Positions 25,302 through 37,106 are shown, counted from the stretch's first letter. The stretch is DNA of 64,000 bases from Saprolegnia diclina VS20 (GCF_000281045.1 NW_008246075.1:576970-640969); one strand, 5' to 3'. The notes: generated by a model not told the origin, from the sequence alone. Translations and numbers: made by a program.

Positions 25302-26873
25302 ATGGGCCAGCAACGCAAGCCGCCGTGGCGAGAGACGCTGAGCTGCAAGGTACACCACCAATACCTCCTCATACAACACCTTTCCATCGGACTCTAGGTG
25401 GCCAGAGCCAAGGCGGTCGCGCGCAGTACAAACGACGACGAAATGCGCGGCAACCCGTACCATGCCGTGTACTGTGTCGCATCTATTGTGGATGAAGCTT
25501 CAGGCAACACCTTAGGCTCTCGATTTTGCCCACCGATTTGTACGAAGAGAAGCGAGCGTTTGCCGCCAAAACGTGCCGCGGCAAGCTCCCGCTCAAGCCA
25601 GAGAAGGGCCGCGACCCGTACGGCGTTGCAGCCGACCAGATCGACAACAACATTCCACTGGGCATCTACGACACGGACCGTGGCCGAAACCAGGTATCCA
25701 GATATTGCATTGGATACTTGCCAATATGTATCCAAGGGCATTGCCAAAGCCGTGGCGTCGTCGCAGCAGACGTACGCTCCGGCGTTCAAGTACTCTATCG
25801 AACGCAAATAGTGTGTGCTTATAGATACATTTGCAGATCCCGCCGCGGCCGGTTCCTTGGCGTGCCCAACTACAAGCTCTCGACGCACGCCATCAACGCC
25901 AAGGAGCCTTATGCGTAGGCTACGACGCATCTTCCTGTTTGCATAAAGGTATATACATGTAGGAACCCAGAGCAGATGGGGCCTGGCACCTACAAGCTGC
26001 GTCCGACGACCCTTGTCGTATGCGCTGTCCCTGTATTGTTGAAGCCATCTTTGTCTTAGATCAAGCATTTGCACGAGCCCGGGTACACGTTTACGAGCCA
26101 GGTCGACCGCTTCGAGTCGCCTCAGCGGGTAAATGCTAGTCCATCGACCAAGAAGCTCACAATGCAAAGTAGTCGTACGCCGAGTCAACGACGACGACAG
26201 CGCTGCCATCGACACTTGGGAAGGCGCCGGTGAGCACGGTGGCCGTGTCCATGACCCCGCGCTTCACGTCCGACTCGACCTTCCCCGGTGCGAACGCGTC
26301 CGCGAGTGTCATGTACAAATGTGTCTCGTCTGCCCAGAGAACTATGCGTCGTCCAAGCAGCAGCGCATCTTTTACCCGCCCGATATCGTCTACGACAAGC
26401 CGCTCACCAAAGTACTTCAAATATATATAGTTTCGCTACCGATGCCATGTCAATATGCAATATAGGACACGATCCAGGACCGCGTGGCCACGACGCACGT
26501 CAAGTACTCGGCCATGACGTCGCAAGCCGGCCGGCTCGTCTCGGTATTTTTTAATGGCTTTTCGCGCCATTTTTCAGATTATTGCAAATTGCACTTGATA
26601 GACGGCGTCCATGGTCCACAATACCGTGGGCGCGCCCCGCTTGCATGCATCGACGGGCGACGCGCTCGGGCCGGGCGCGTATGCGACGCCGTCAACCTTT
26701 GCCAAGCCAGCGACAAGCAGCGTCCTGCCCCAAGTCTCTGAGGTAGAAAACCTGGCCTCTACGGGCACCTGCCATGCGCGCTGGTGTAGCACTCCAAGGA
26801 CCGGTTTGGGATGAAGGCAACCAAGCAGGCGCAGTGCATCGAGACGCGCTTCCGGAGGTTCTGCATCTCGTAG
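25302..26873 (+). CDS. Multi-exon PG-rich repeat (STPG/ODF3/SHIPPO-like) probable flagellar protein
   Basis: Small exons bounded by GT-AG encode PLGIYD, GPGTY and GPGAY motifs. Start MGQQRKPPW at 25302; last exon HSKDRFG...FCIS* ends at 26873. Internal exons only partly resolved. Confidence 0.55.
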
Positions 26874-27012
26874 TCGGTCGCTCTCTCTTCCGCGCGACTT
26901 GGGAATTTGCCCAAGTCGAAGAAAGCATAACCAAAACGAATTCCACGGTCTTTTATTCTTTTCGTGTCGTTAAACGTAATATTTGTATGTTGAATTAAAC
27001 GATTGGAATAAA

Positions 27013-29418
27013 ATGGCCGAGCACGGGCCATTTGGAAGATTGCGTCCAGGACGCATGGCGGACGAGACGCGCCGGCTGCGGCCCATGCGCATGGACGAGC
27101 TCGAGATGGATCATGCCGATGAAGTAGATGGTCTTGACTTTGACTACCTCATGGCGCTTATCTGCAACGCCGTCGGGCCCGGCGAGAAGGACGCGCCAAG
27201 CCACACGGGCGCGTCGCTCGGCCACATTGGTACGACAAGCTGCATGATCTTGCCATGGACACGGGTACATGCGCATGTAGATGACGACGATGAAGATGAC
27301 GATGAGGACGACGATCAAGACCATGATGACGACGATGGCGACACGAGCTCATACGAGGAAGGCGAGCTTGAGACGCTCTCGACGCATGCCCGTGCCGCGA
27401 CGTACGACGTACCCATGCAGGCAGCCCATGCGTCGTTGCGCGCTACTGACATTGATGGCGGTCTCTTGCATCGAGATGTGTCCCACTACCTCGCAGCACG
27501 ACAGCACTGCAAGACGCCAATGGCCAGGCGACCGACCCATTTGAGGCAGACGTTGCCTCTTGCAGCGTCGACCGCCAGCTTTGCGGCCACGTCTTCGTAC
27601 CAACCATCCACGTCGCTCAGCGCGCGCCGACGCGTGTACCCCAACTACGAGCGCAGCATGCTTTTTGGCGAGAAGGCGCTCGAGCTGCGCGATCTCGAGA
27701 CAATCCTCAGCGAATACGACATGGACGACGCGCCGGGCGACAACATGAGCCGCCTCTTCCCGTCCGACGATGACGACGACGACGACGAAGAAGAAGATAC
27801 CAAGCAGGCGCCGTCCATCGACTACGAGCAAAACCTGCTGTCGCATTTCTCGATGCTCGGGTTCGACGCCGACATTGTCTCGTCCGTGCTCATCGAAGTC
27901 GTCGACGCACGACGCAGCACCAACGAGATTTGCGCGACGCGCCAGTTTACATCGATCGTCCAAGCGCTTGTCGACGACCACGGTAGCGACAACAACAACA
28001 GCGACAACGAGCGTGGGGCCCGCAAAATTCGACAGGAGCACGTCGCACCCAGCGCCGTGCAAGCCACGTCGTTTCCTTGGCCCGTATTTGATATGGTACA
28101 CACACGTAAACCCCTTTCGTCGTAAACGTTATGGGTAGGCGCAGTACGAGTTTGGGACGGCGCGCCCTGGCACGTGCTTCTCGTCGGTCGTCGTGCTCGT
28201 CAACGTCCCGCCCGTGAGCGACGCAACGAGCGAGACGTTGCACGGGTGTCTCTTGTCGCAGCTTTTTTCCAAGCTCTCCAACCCCATCCAAGTCGTCCTG
28301 CCCGTCGTACCCAGCACGGGGCTGCTCAAAGGGTACATGTATCGTGCATGCGACGTGAGCCTGAGAACGATTGTGGGTAGGCATGGCTTCCTCGAGTTTT
28401 CGGACCGGCCAAACGCCACTGCGGTCGCCCGCGCCCTCGACGGGCTAACATGGAGTCCGGCGTTCCCAGCCTTTCGCGCAATGCTCTTCCGCGAGTATGA
28501 CGGCAGCCACCGCCTTCTGGACAACCACAAAGACAGCAGTAGCTTCGCCACTCGTGTCGACGACACCAGCAGCAACAACAACTGTGAGGACGAGCTCCGC
28601 TTTCACGCACTGGACCTCGAGAGCGAAGACGACGAGAACCACTCAGATGCTCTTGACGCGTCGTCGCGCCGCATGACGCGCGTGGAGCACCAGCTCGTCC
28701 AGCGGAACGAGCAGCTCGAGTACCTCATGCAGTGCGTCGAGCGGGACCGGGACGCGATCCTTGTACGCTGCAATTTGATGTTGATGGGTTTTGACGACTT
28801 CTACTTAGTCGGAGAACGACGAGCTCCGGCGCATGATGGAGGCGTACCGCGAGCGGGAAAAGCAGCAGGAGCATGCGCTTCTGAGCCTCTCGAGTCTGCG
28901 CCAGCGCATCCAGCTCAACGAACAAAAGTACCGCGAACACATGCGGCGTATGCGACAGAACGAGCACGTGACCCAAGCGCTCCGTCGCCGCCTCGAAGAA
29001 CTCTCGGGGTCCGATTATCGTTCATGCGCGTTTGCATATCCCTTATGGACGACGTACGTAGGCACCCGCAGTCACTCCACGCCCTTGGGATTGCCGAGCT
29101 GCGCGAGCTCGAAGACACGCTCGACACGGCCTTGTACAAAGTGCGCACGATCAAGGTCCTTGTGCGATTCGCAGCAAAGGCAAGCTCATGGGGCTGTAGG
29201 AACAAAAGATTCAAGAGCAAAAGCAGCAACTCGATCGGCAGGTCGAAGTACAGCAGGAGCTCAAGCTCTGCGTGATTTGCCTCACGGCGGAGAAGACGAT
29301 TCTGTGCTTGCCGTGCCGCCACGTGTGCATGTGCCAAGCGTGCTCAGGCCATGCCGAAGTGACGCGGTGCCCGATTTGCCGCCTCGACATCCAAGAGAAG
29401 ATGCTCATTTATGCCTAA
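27013..29418 (+). CDS. RING-HC (IAP/MDM2-type) protein with acidic N-terminus, RRM-like domain and coiled coil
   Basis: Last exon encodes CVICLTAEKTILCLPCRHVCMCQAC...CPICRLDIQEKMLIYA* (stop 29416-29418). Upstream exons are joined by short GT-AG introns. Confidence 0.8.
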
Positions 29419-29560
29419 TTGCAAATTGCACTACACTTGACGACAGGATGGCGACAGCAGCAATATAAACTCTAGCCACCAACCAGCACGATAAATAAAC
29501 CTTCAAAATCTGAAACCAATATCTGGATATTCTTCCGTTGCCTCGAGGTCCATCAATCAA

Positions 29561-30425
29561 CTAGGGTCCGGGGGAGTGGGCTGGTAGGAACGATGAAATC
29601 ATATGGATTAAGCCATGTTGTCGGCGACTTTGGCCTTCACGTCGTCGTCGCTCACGTCCATCGTCGTACGAGGTGCTCGGAACCGCTCGAAGCCAGTTGA
29701 TGACAATGGGCATGCAGCAGTGTTCCAATTCTGGATGAGCGCGTGGCGAATCACATCCAAAGCCTCGAACTCGGGCGGTGCCCCCGTGAGAAAGTAGCTC
29801 GCAAGGCCGAATCGCAGCCGTAGAGCCGCAATTTTTGACCGAGTTGCGGACCGCTCGAAGGGACTGAAAGACACAGCGGAGCCCACCATGCTCAAAATCC
29901 ACCGGGGCCGTTAAGTGACTCGTCGTGGCACACATGAGCGTCGGGTTGCCCGAGCAGTAATTGTGAAGTGCTGCGATCGCTAGTTTTGGGTGCTTGGTAA
30001 AGTTTTGTGACGCTGCGATCTTCAAGCCGCACGACCTTTTCTTCGTGCGTCTCGGTGGCCTTCTCGACGGCGCGCGCAGTGGTTTTGCTAAGGCGCTGCT
30101 TTTCCAGCCGAGCTGCTTTCTCTTCGTGCGTCTCGGTGGCCTTCTCGTCGGCGCGCGCCTTGCGCTTGAGCTCATTCGATTCTCGCATGTTGCTTAAATG
30201 TCTAGCTACATGGCTGCATGGCGCTTTAGTAGCAAAAGCGGCTGGTCAATGCACATCATGGCGCCGGCCTGTCAAAACGCATCAATGAATTGTTGCGAGC
30301 TGTCCAATCATACTACGCAAGCAACAACATTTTAACCAATCCAAAATGGGACAGACAAAAAACAAACAAAAAACAAACAGGCAAATAATCCCTGGTGGGC
30401 TGGGTAACCAGGAGGTTCCTACCAG
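29561..30425 (-). mobile_element. Degenerate transposon relic, possibly Helitron-like
   Basis: Frameshifted minus-strand coding remnant with an 81-bp-period duplicated charged repeat (ARADEKATETHEEKAARLE / ARAVEKATETHEEKVVRLE), bracketed by a perfect 11-bp inverted repeat (29581-29591, 30415-30425). No Rep or helicase motif is visible. Confidence 0.4.
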
Positions 30426-30548
30426 TACATGTCTTTTAGTACTACCTGTATTATGGGACACAACTTGACGAGATGAAAGATTAATTTAAATATTTAAATA
30501 ATTCTTGAGATTGCTCTGAGGATTTTCGACGAGCACCGTGACGGTGGT

Positions 30549-30860
30549 GCCATTTGATCGACAAAATCGAGTTTGAAATGGATTCGCTCAAAGTTGGCAC
30601 AGTGATAGAAGACCCTTTGGAGAGCAGAGCAGACCGCGTGGTGGCATCGGTGGAGTCGTAGAACGCGCGCAATGGTCGATAGTAGAATAAAGCGCTCTTT
30701 AAACGTTAAAAAGCAATGACCACATTGCCACGCCGTATTCTCACACCTAGTGACTGCACCGATGCCACCGCGTAGTCTGCTCTGCTCTCCAAAGGGTCTT
30801 CTATCACTGTGCCAACTTTGAGCGAATCCATTTCAAACTCGATTTCGTCGATCAAATGGC
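30549..30860. repeat. Long inverted repeat: 109-bp arms, 94-bp spacer
   Basis: 30549-30657 is the reverse complement of 30752-30860 with 5 mismatches and no indels. Confidence 0.95.
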
Positions 30861-31235
30861 TCCACGGTCGCTGTGTGGTGCCCGCCAAATGACATTATCC
30901 GGATGCGATCTTATTTCCGGTATTTTCCTTTGCTCTGCTTCCTGAGGCCTCAAGTACTTCTGAAAATGTATTACATCACTGTGCCAACTACGGGCGCTGT
31001 CATTTTCAAACACGATGTCGTCGACCTAGCGGCACAACCGTCCTGGTGGGATCGTCCAGATTCGCCCTATCCTAGCGCTGCCGCATCCAAATGTAACAAA
31101 GAATTCCTTCTCGTGCACGAGTTAACTAGCATCCAGGACGCGACTTGATGTGTGCAACACAAGACAGACAATATGGCGGAGATATACATGTATAGTGGCG
31201 GTCTATTAATAATAACGTGCGCGTGCATCGATCGT

Positions 31236-34200
31236 TTACGCGGTGAGGTACTGGTCGAGCGACTCGCCCGAGATGTCTTCAATCTGGCGAATGACCTTGT
31301 GGCAGAGCGCTTCGACGTTGGCGTCGTGGTCTTCGAGGAGCTCGGCCAAAAATGGAATGCTCTCGGGCAGCATCGCCAAAAACTCTTCGCCGACAATCGC
31401 ATAGCACTGCTCGATCGTCTGGAGCGTCGCGAGGCGCACGGCCGGCTCCTCCGCGCGCGACTTCATCAAAATGCGGTGGTGCATCGGCTTCCAGAGCAGA
31501 TCGTTCTTGGCGGCCCACGCAAGGTGCGCGAGCGCGACGACCGCGCCGTCGACCACCGGGCGCGCGACTTCGAGCGAGGCCAAACCCAGCAGATCGACAA
31601 GCGGCGGCATGACGACATCAAACTTCTCCTTGTCCATAAAGCCGTCCGTGTCGTGGCTGAAGCAGCCAATGAGCGCCGTCACCACGTGCGCCGCGAGCGG
31701 CCATTGATCCACAACGACCACGTCCTTCTTGGCCTTCTTGGACGGGCGTTCGAAAAAGCCATCGGTGTTCTCGGCGTCGAGCATCGACACGCCGGCGTCG
31801 ATCGCCGACAAGAGAATTGACGCGCAGAGCGGCAAAATGTGCGCAAAGTACGGCACAAAGATGCTCTTGAGCTTCTCCGAAAGCTGCGAGACGACGCGGA
31901 AGAAGACGAGTTGGCGCGCGTGCGACGGGCCCTGCGTGTGGGGCAGAACGACGTCGACCCACGACACGAGCTTGAGGAACAGCGGCTTGAGCTGCTTCTC
32001 GCTGAGCTTCATGACGAGCGCAAGGAGCGCACCAATGAGCTGGTCCTCGACGTGTTCGCCAATGGTCGGGTGCAAGCGGCGCAGGTCCAACGCCACCAAA
32101 TACAGGCGCATGAGACCGGCCATGTGGGCCTTGACAGCCGCGCGGTCCATGCCCGTGACGATCGCCGTCACCATTTCAAAGAAACGGAGCAGCGCGACGT
32201 CGCCGCGGCCGCAGCACACGGGGTAGAGCTCCATGAGCGCAGGCAAAAGATTGCGGAGCTCGATACCGTTGGCGAGCGCGAGGATGGTCGCATCGACCGA
32301 CGCGCGGATCTGGACGTGGTGCACGTTGAGGAGGCTCGGCACAAAGAGCAAATGGAGCATCTTGGGCAAGTACGACACGAGGAACTGGGGAAACTTGGTC
32401 GTCATCGCGCGCATGGCCGCGAGGAGGCACTGCTGCAGCGTCAGCGTCAAGCTCGCATCGGCGGAGCTGGCCGACGTCGAGGCGTCGAGACAGGTGAGCA
32501 GCGTCGGGAAGAACTGCGGCACAAACGGAAAGACGGCCGGGCCGAGCGAGTGGCAGAGGTTCGAGAGGCACACAAACGCCGAGCCGATCACGTGGCCGTT
32601 GGCCGTCACATCAAGCGGCAGCTTGCAGCACGCCATGACGGTCGGGAGAATGTTCAGGAATGGCTGCGCGTGCTTGTGCGCGAAAAAGCGCGTGAGCACA
32701 TCGACGCTCAGAATCGCCATTTGCTTGTCCGTCAAAAGCGCCGACGGGTCTTCGAGGACGCTCGAGAGGTCGTCGAGCATATCGACAAACAAGAGCTCTT
32801 CTTCAAACGTCAGCGTCGCCTCCGTTTCCTCAATGCGCTCGTTGAGCAGCTGCAGCGCGCGGCGGCGAATGACACCGTCTTCGTGCTGCAGAAGCTCGCC
32901 AATGACGGCGACAAAGCCGGGGGCCGTGAGCAGCTGCTGGAGGTTGTTCATGGCCTCGAGCGCAGTCGCTGCGATGGCGTCCCAGCGGTCGGCCATGTCG
33001 TTCTTCTTGGCCGCCAGCGCTTCCTTGGTCTTGGTCACACGGCGAAGGAAGAGGAGGATGCCTTGCGCGAGCAGCAAGTACGCGTGCTGGAGCGACTTTT
33101 CCACGTCGCTGTTGTCGAGCAGCTGGTGGTGCAGGCCCTTGCGCTCCAAATGACGCGGCACAAACGACACAATGCGGTCGAGCGTCGCGTTGGCCAACTT
33201 GGGGTCGATGACAAAAGCCACGTCAGCCTCGTCGTCCTCGTCCTCGTCGTCTTCATCGTCATTGGCGCGCGGCGCAAGGTGCGCATGGAGCTGGCCCGCG
33301 ATCGAGAGCAGCGACACGAGCGCACGCATCTGGAGGTCGGCGTCGAGCGCCTCCAAGAGGGTGTGGCAGAACGCCGACCGCGCCGGCACGTCGGTCGCAT
33401 GCTGCAACAAGAGCGTGACGGCAATCGCAGCCGCGTCGTCGTCGTGGGCGCCAAGGGCCGTCAAGAGCACGTTGAACAAGGTCGTCCGGCGCCCAATCGG
33501 GAGCGTCTCGTAGGCCGCGACAAAGGTCGCAAGGAACTGCTGCGTCGAAATGTCGCTGGCGTCCGTGTGCACGTACGGCACGGCGTGCGTCACAATCTCC
33601 TGGAGCACGTGGAACGAGTATTCGTCGAGCTGCAGCTGCGACGCGAACGTCAGAATCGGCACAAGCGACTGGAGCACGTGCGTCGGGCACAAGTCGACGA
33701 GCGACGACACAAAGAGGAGCGCGGCGTTGCGCGTCTGCTGCGACACCGTGTGCTGCACGACGCGCAGCGTGAGCTCGACGAACGACGTGGCGTGCGTCGT
33801 CGACGACGCATGCCCACGAAGCCCGACCGCAACGCCGTGGAGCGCGCTGAGCACCATCTGGACGCTGTACTCGGACACGTCGTCTTTGGCGGCCACAAAC
33901 TGCGCGAGCACGGCATGCAGCGGCGACAGAAGCGCGTTAAGATCGTCGACAGCGTAGTTGGCGATCAAATTGCTGACGACCTCGAGCACGCACGTCGTTT
34001 GCGCGACCCACGAACGCTCCGACTTGACGGCGAGAAGGCCCGTCACGATGCGCACCGGCAGTGAAAGGCGCACAAGGAGCGACGCCACGTCCGACGGCGT
34101 GCTGTCCGCGCCCGTGCGGAGCAGCACGACCAGCGCCTGCACGAGCGTCGTCTGCTTCCCCATCGGCAACGCGCTGAACCACGTGGCCTCCATCGTTTTC

Positions 34201-37106
34201 GCCAAATGGCTGTGCAGCGGCGCGGCCGACGGCGATGCGACCGTCGCAAGCACGACCTCGAACGTTGCGCTCGCCGGCGCGCGGAGGTAATGCGAGAGCA
34301 AGTCGGCGCCAATGCTGGCCGTGAGCGGCGTCAGATTCGTCTTGAGGAGCGACGTAAACCAGCCAATCGTCGTTGTCCAGACACTGTCCAAATGCACAAG
34401 GTGGAGCACGCGCAGAACGTTCCGGACGCGCTGGAGCAGCGTCGACGAGAGCGCGTCCTGCGGCACGAGCGCGGTCGTCAGCACACGCGAGAGGAACGCC
34501 TTGTCCTTACTGACGTGCGCGCTGCAAAACGTCGCCACGTACGACGCATCCATCGAGAGCTCTTCCTTGACCTTGAGGAGGGCGGTGAGCGTCGGCGTGT
34601 ACACGGCAAACGCGTCGCGGCCCTTCTTGTCGGTGAGCGAGAGCTTGCTCAGCGGCTTGAGGCACTGCGCGGCGGCGTTGCGGAGCGCCGTATGGGCATG
34701 CGACAGCGCGACCAGAAGCGCCAGCACCACGTGGTGCACATCGTCAATCGAGACCATCGACGGCGTGCACTCGATCATGACCGAGAGCAGCATGACCGAG
34801 CGCGTGAGGACGTGCGACGGCGCGTCCGTGTGCACGAGGCGGCAGAGCGAGTGGAAGAGGTCGGTCCAGTGACTCGCGTCCGACGCAAGCGCAGCGTGGA
34901 GCACGGGCTGCACGAGCGTAAAGTACGCCGACGTTGACGACAAGAGCAAGACGAGCGCCGCGTCGTACGTCAAGGCGTCCTTCTTGAAGCTCGTGCGCAT
35001 GAGGTTGCAAATGACTTCGACCATTTCGGCGATCCGCGGCCGGTCGACCGATTCGATCGGCGTCGACGCGTTCAGGCCCGTCCACGTCGTCGTGAGGAGC
35101 GACAGCAGCGGCGTCGCAAGCTCCGGCGTCGTCGCCTGGCGACCGTCGTTCAGAATACGCATGACAAGGAGCGGCAGCGCTGTGTGGCGGTGCACGGACG
35201 GGAGAGCCCACGCTTCCACAATCGAGGCCGCGGCCAAGGTCGTTTGCGACCCAAAGTGACCGAGCACATCGATATCCTTCGTCGCCGTCGAGAGACCGTC
35301 GGTGAACGGCGCGACCGAGAGCGTCGCGAGAAGCGGCGCCACGGTGCTCCACGCGACCACCGGCTTGGTGGCGAGGACCGTCGACTGCGGCGCAAAGGCG
35401 AGGAGCATGTCGAGAATCGTCGCGTCATGAATCGAGCCATGCGTGTCACGGAACGGACCCGTCACAAACGTCACAAGCGCAGTCATGGCCGTCGCGAACG
35501 CGCTGTGGAACGCACGCGCGTTGAGCGACACGGCAATCTGCTCCAAGAGCTGATTGGCCGACGCAGTCTGCAGCAAAAGCGACGCGACCGCCGGCGAAAG
35601 TGCCGCGACAATGACGTTGGGCGCGTCATCGTTGAGCCGGCGCAAGAGCACGTCCGGATCTTCGAGCGCCGCCGCGTCCACGTCTGCGAGCACGCTGAGC
35701 GCGTGCAGTCGCACCGAGACGGTCGGGTGGTCCAGGGACAGGAGGAGCGAGACACCACTTTCGGCGAGCGGCACGTGCAAGGCGGCAGCCGTGCCCGTGA
35801 ACGACGTCGAGACAAAGTTGACGCAGAACGACTGCAGATCGGTGTCGAGGCTCGCATCCGTCAGCATTGCATTCAGGCCAGCGTCGAACGGCTCCGGGTA
35901 CCGCTTGGAGAGGAAGAGAAGCAAGCGCTGGAGGCGGTCGGCGACCGACGGGGTCGCGTGGGCCGCCGAGAGCATCGACCGGACGAGCGACGCGACAAAG
36001 GGCGCAACAATTTGCCCGAGCGCTTGGGTCACATCGAGAAAGAGCTGCTCGGAGGTCGCGTGCGCGTGCGCGAGGGCAACTGCCTCGAGGAAGAGGCCGA
36101 GGAACTTGGTCGTGTCGTACGCTTCCATGGCGTCCATGAGCAGCTGCGGAATGTCGTCGAACTTGAAAATGTGCTTGAGCGCGTCGGTCGGAAACGTCTC
36201 GAACGGCTGCGACTGGAGCACGCCGATGAGGCAGAGGAACGCGTCAAACTGGGCATGCGCCGGCGCCGTCTTGGCAATCACAATGACAAGCTGCTGCCGC
36301 GCCGCGGGCGACAGCGTCGCGTGCGTCGTGAGCTTGGTCGCGACCATGTACGCGGCCGTTTGCCGCTCCGGAAACGACTTGTCCTTGAGGCCGTCGACAA
36401 TGTTGGGCAGCACCCAGCGCAGAATGTGCTCGGACACGCGGCTCTTCTCGAGGATCTCCATGGCCACGAGCGCGTAGAGCGCAATGAGCTTGGCGTTGCG
36501 CGCGCCAATGCGCACGGCGGCCGTGTGCAAAAAGCTCACGAGGCTATAGTCGGCAAAGCAGCGCTTCGACAAGTTGGCGCGGAGGAGCGGGACGTTGTTG
36601 GTCTTGACGTGCTCGAGGAACGCCCAGCGCGGGTGCTTGGCCAAGTCGCAGATCGTAATGAGGCGCGCAAAGACGGGCGACTCGTGGTAGCAAATGGTCA
36701 TCGCGAGGATCTGGTCGACGTTCCAGACGTGGATCTCGTACTTGCGCACGAGAAACTCGATGACTTGATGTGTGGGCGGCAAAAGAAAGTACGGCGAGAG
36801 CGCGTCGAGGAGCAAGCCGAGTTCGAGGTCGAGGGCGACGACCTCTTCTTTTGTCAGCAGCATCCGGCTGTACTGCGCATGTGCTTTGTTCGGGTGCAGC
36901 AGCGTGTGCTGGAAGACGTCCAACGACCCGTCCATGCTGCACAGCGTCTCCATACCGGTCTTGGCCAGCTCAAAGGTTGTGCGGCCATCGATCTTGGCCG
37001 CGACCTTGGGCTCGTGCAGGAACGAGGCGACGGTCCGCTGCGACGACGCGCTCGTCGTCTGTACCTGGAGCGCATGGAGCTGCGAGGCCAAGGAAGAGGT
37101 GCTCAT
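31236..37106 (-). CDS. UTP10: U3 snoRNA-associated protein 10 (HEATR1/BAP28)
   Basis: Intronless ~1956-aa ORF. N-terminus MSTSSLASQL...LSPYFLLPPTHQVIEFLVRKY; BP28CT-like KLSEKQLKPLFLKL; C-terminus LPESIPFLAELLED...ISGESLDQYL. Confidence 0.95.
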   Translation of the reverse strand: MSTSSLASQLHALQVQTTSASSQRTVASFLHEPKVAAKIDGRTTFELAKTGMETLCSMDGSLDVFQHTLLHPNKAHAQYSRMLLTKEEVVALDLELGLLLDALSPYFLLPPTHQVIEFLVRKYEIHVWNVDQILAMTICYHESPVFARLITICDLAKHPRWAFLEHVKTNNVPLLRANLSKRCFADYSLVSFLHTAAVRIGARNAKLIALYALVAMEILEKSRVSEHILRWVLPNIVDGLKDKSFPERQTAAYMVATKLTTHATLSPAARQQLVIVIAKTAPAHAQFDAFLCLIGVLQSQPFETFPTDALKHIFKFDDIPQLLMDAMEAYDTTKFLGLFLEAVALAHAHATSEQLFLDVTQALGQIVAPFVASLVRSMLSAAHATPSVADRLQRLLLFLSKRYPEPFDAGLNAMLTDASLDTDLQSFCVNFVSTSFTGTAAALHVPLAESGVSLLLSLDHPTVSVRLHALSVLADVDAAALEDPDVLLRRLNDDAPNVIVAALSPAVASLLLQTASANQLLEQIAVSLNARAFHSAFATAMTALVTFVTGPFRDTHGSIHDATILDMLLAFAPQSTVLATKPVVAWSTVAPLLATLSVAPFTDGLSTATKDIDVLGHFGSQTTLAAASIVEAWALPSVHRHTALPLLVMRILNDGRQATTPELATPLLSLLTTTWTGLNASTPIESVDRPRIAEMVEVICNLMRTSFKKDALTYDAALVLLLSSTSAYFTLVQPVLHAALASDASHWTDLFHSLCRLVHTDAPSHVLTRSVMLLSVMIECTPSMVSIDDVHHVVLALLVALSHAHTALRNAAAQCLKPLSKLSLTDKKGRDAFAVYTPTLTALLKVKEELSMDASYVATFCSAHVSKDKAFLSRVLTTALVPQDALSSTLLQRVRNVLRVLHLVHLDSVWTTTIGWFTSLLKTNLTPLTASIGADLLSHYLRAPASATFEVVLATVASPSAAPLHSHLAKTMEATWFSALPMGKQTTLVQALVVLLRTGADSTPSDVASLLVRLSLPVRIVTGLLAVKSERSWVAQTTCVLEVVSNLIANYAVDDLNALLSPLHAVLAQFVAAKDDVSEYSVQMVLSALHGVAVGLRGHASSTTHATSFVELTLRVVQHTVSQQTRNAALLFVSSLVDLCPTHVLQSLVPILTFASQLQLDEYSFHVLQEIVTHAVPYVHTDASDISTQQFLATFVAAYETLPIGRRTTLFNVLLTALGAHDDDAAAIAVTLLLQHATDVPARSAFCHTLLEALDADLQMRALVSLLSIAGQLHAHLAPRANDDEDDEDEDDEADVAFVIDPKLANATLDRIVSFVPRHLERKGLHHQLLDNSDVEKSLQHAYLLLAQGILLFLRRVTKTKEALAAKKNDMADRWDAIAATALEAMNNLQQLLTAPGFVAVIGELLQHEDGVIRRRALQLLNERIEETEATLTFEEELLFVDMLDDLSSVLEDPSALLTDKQMAILSVDVLTRFFAHKHAQPFLNILPTVMACCKLPLDVTANGHVIGSAFVCLSNLCHSLGPAVFPFVPQFFPTLLTCLDASTSASSADASLTLTLQQCLLAAMRAMTTKFPQFLVSYLPKMLHLLFVPSLLNVHHVQIRASVDATILALANGIELRNLLPALMELYPVCCGRGDVALLRFFEMVTAIVTGMDRAAVKAHMAGLMRLYLVALDLRRLHPTIGEHVEDQLIGALLALVMKLSEKQLKPLFLKLVSWVDVVLPHTQGPSHARQLVFFRVVSQLSEKLKSIFVPYFAHILPLCASILLSAIDAGVSMLDAENTDGFFERPSKKAKKDVVVVDQWPLAAHVVTALIGCFSHDTDGFMDKEKFDVVMPPLVDLLGLASLEVARPVVDGAVVALAHLAWAAKNDLLWKPMHHRILMKSRAEEPAVRLATLQTIEQCYAIVGEEFLAMLPESIPFLAELLEDHDANVEALCHKVIRQIEDISGESLDQYLTA

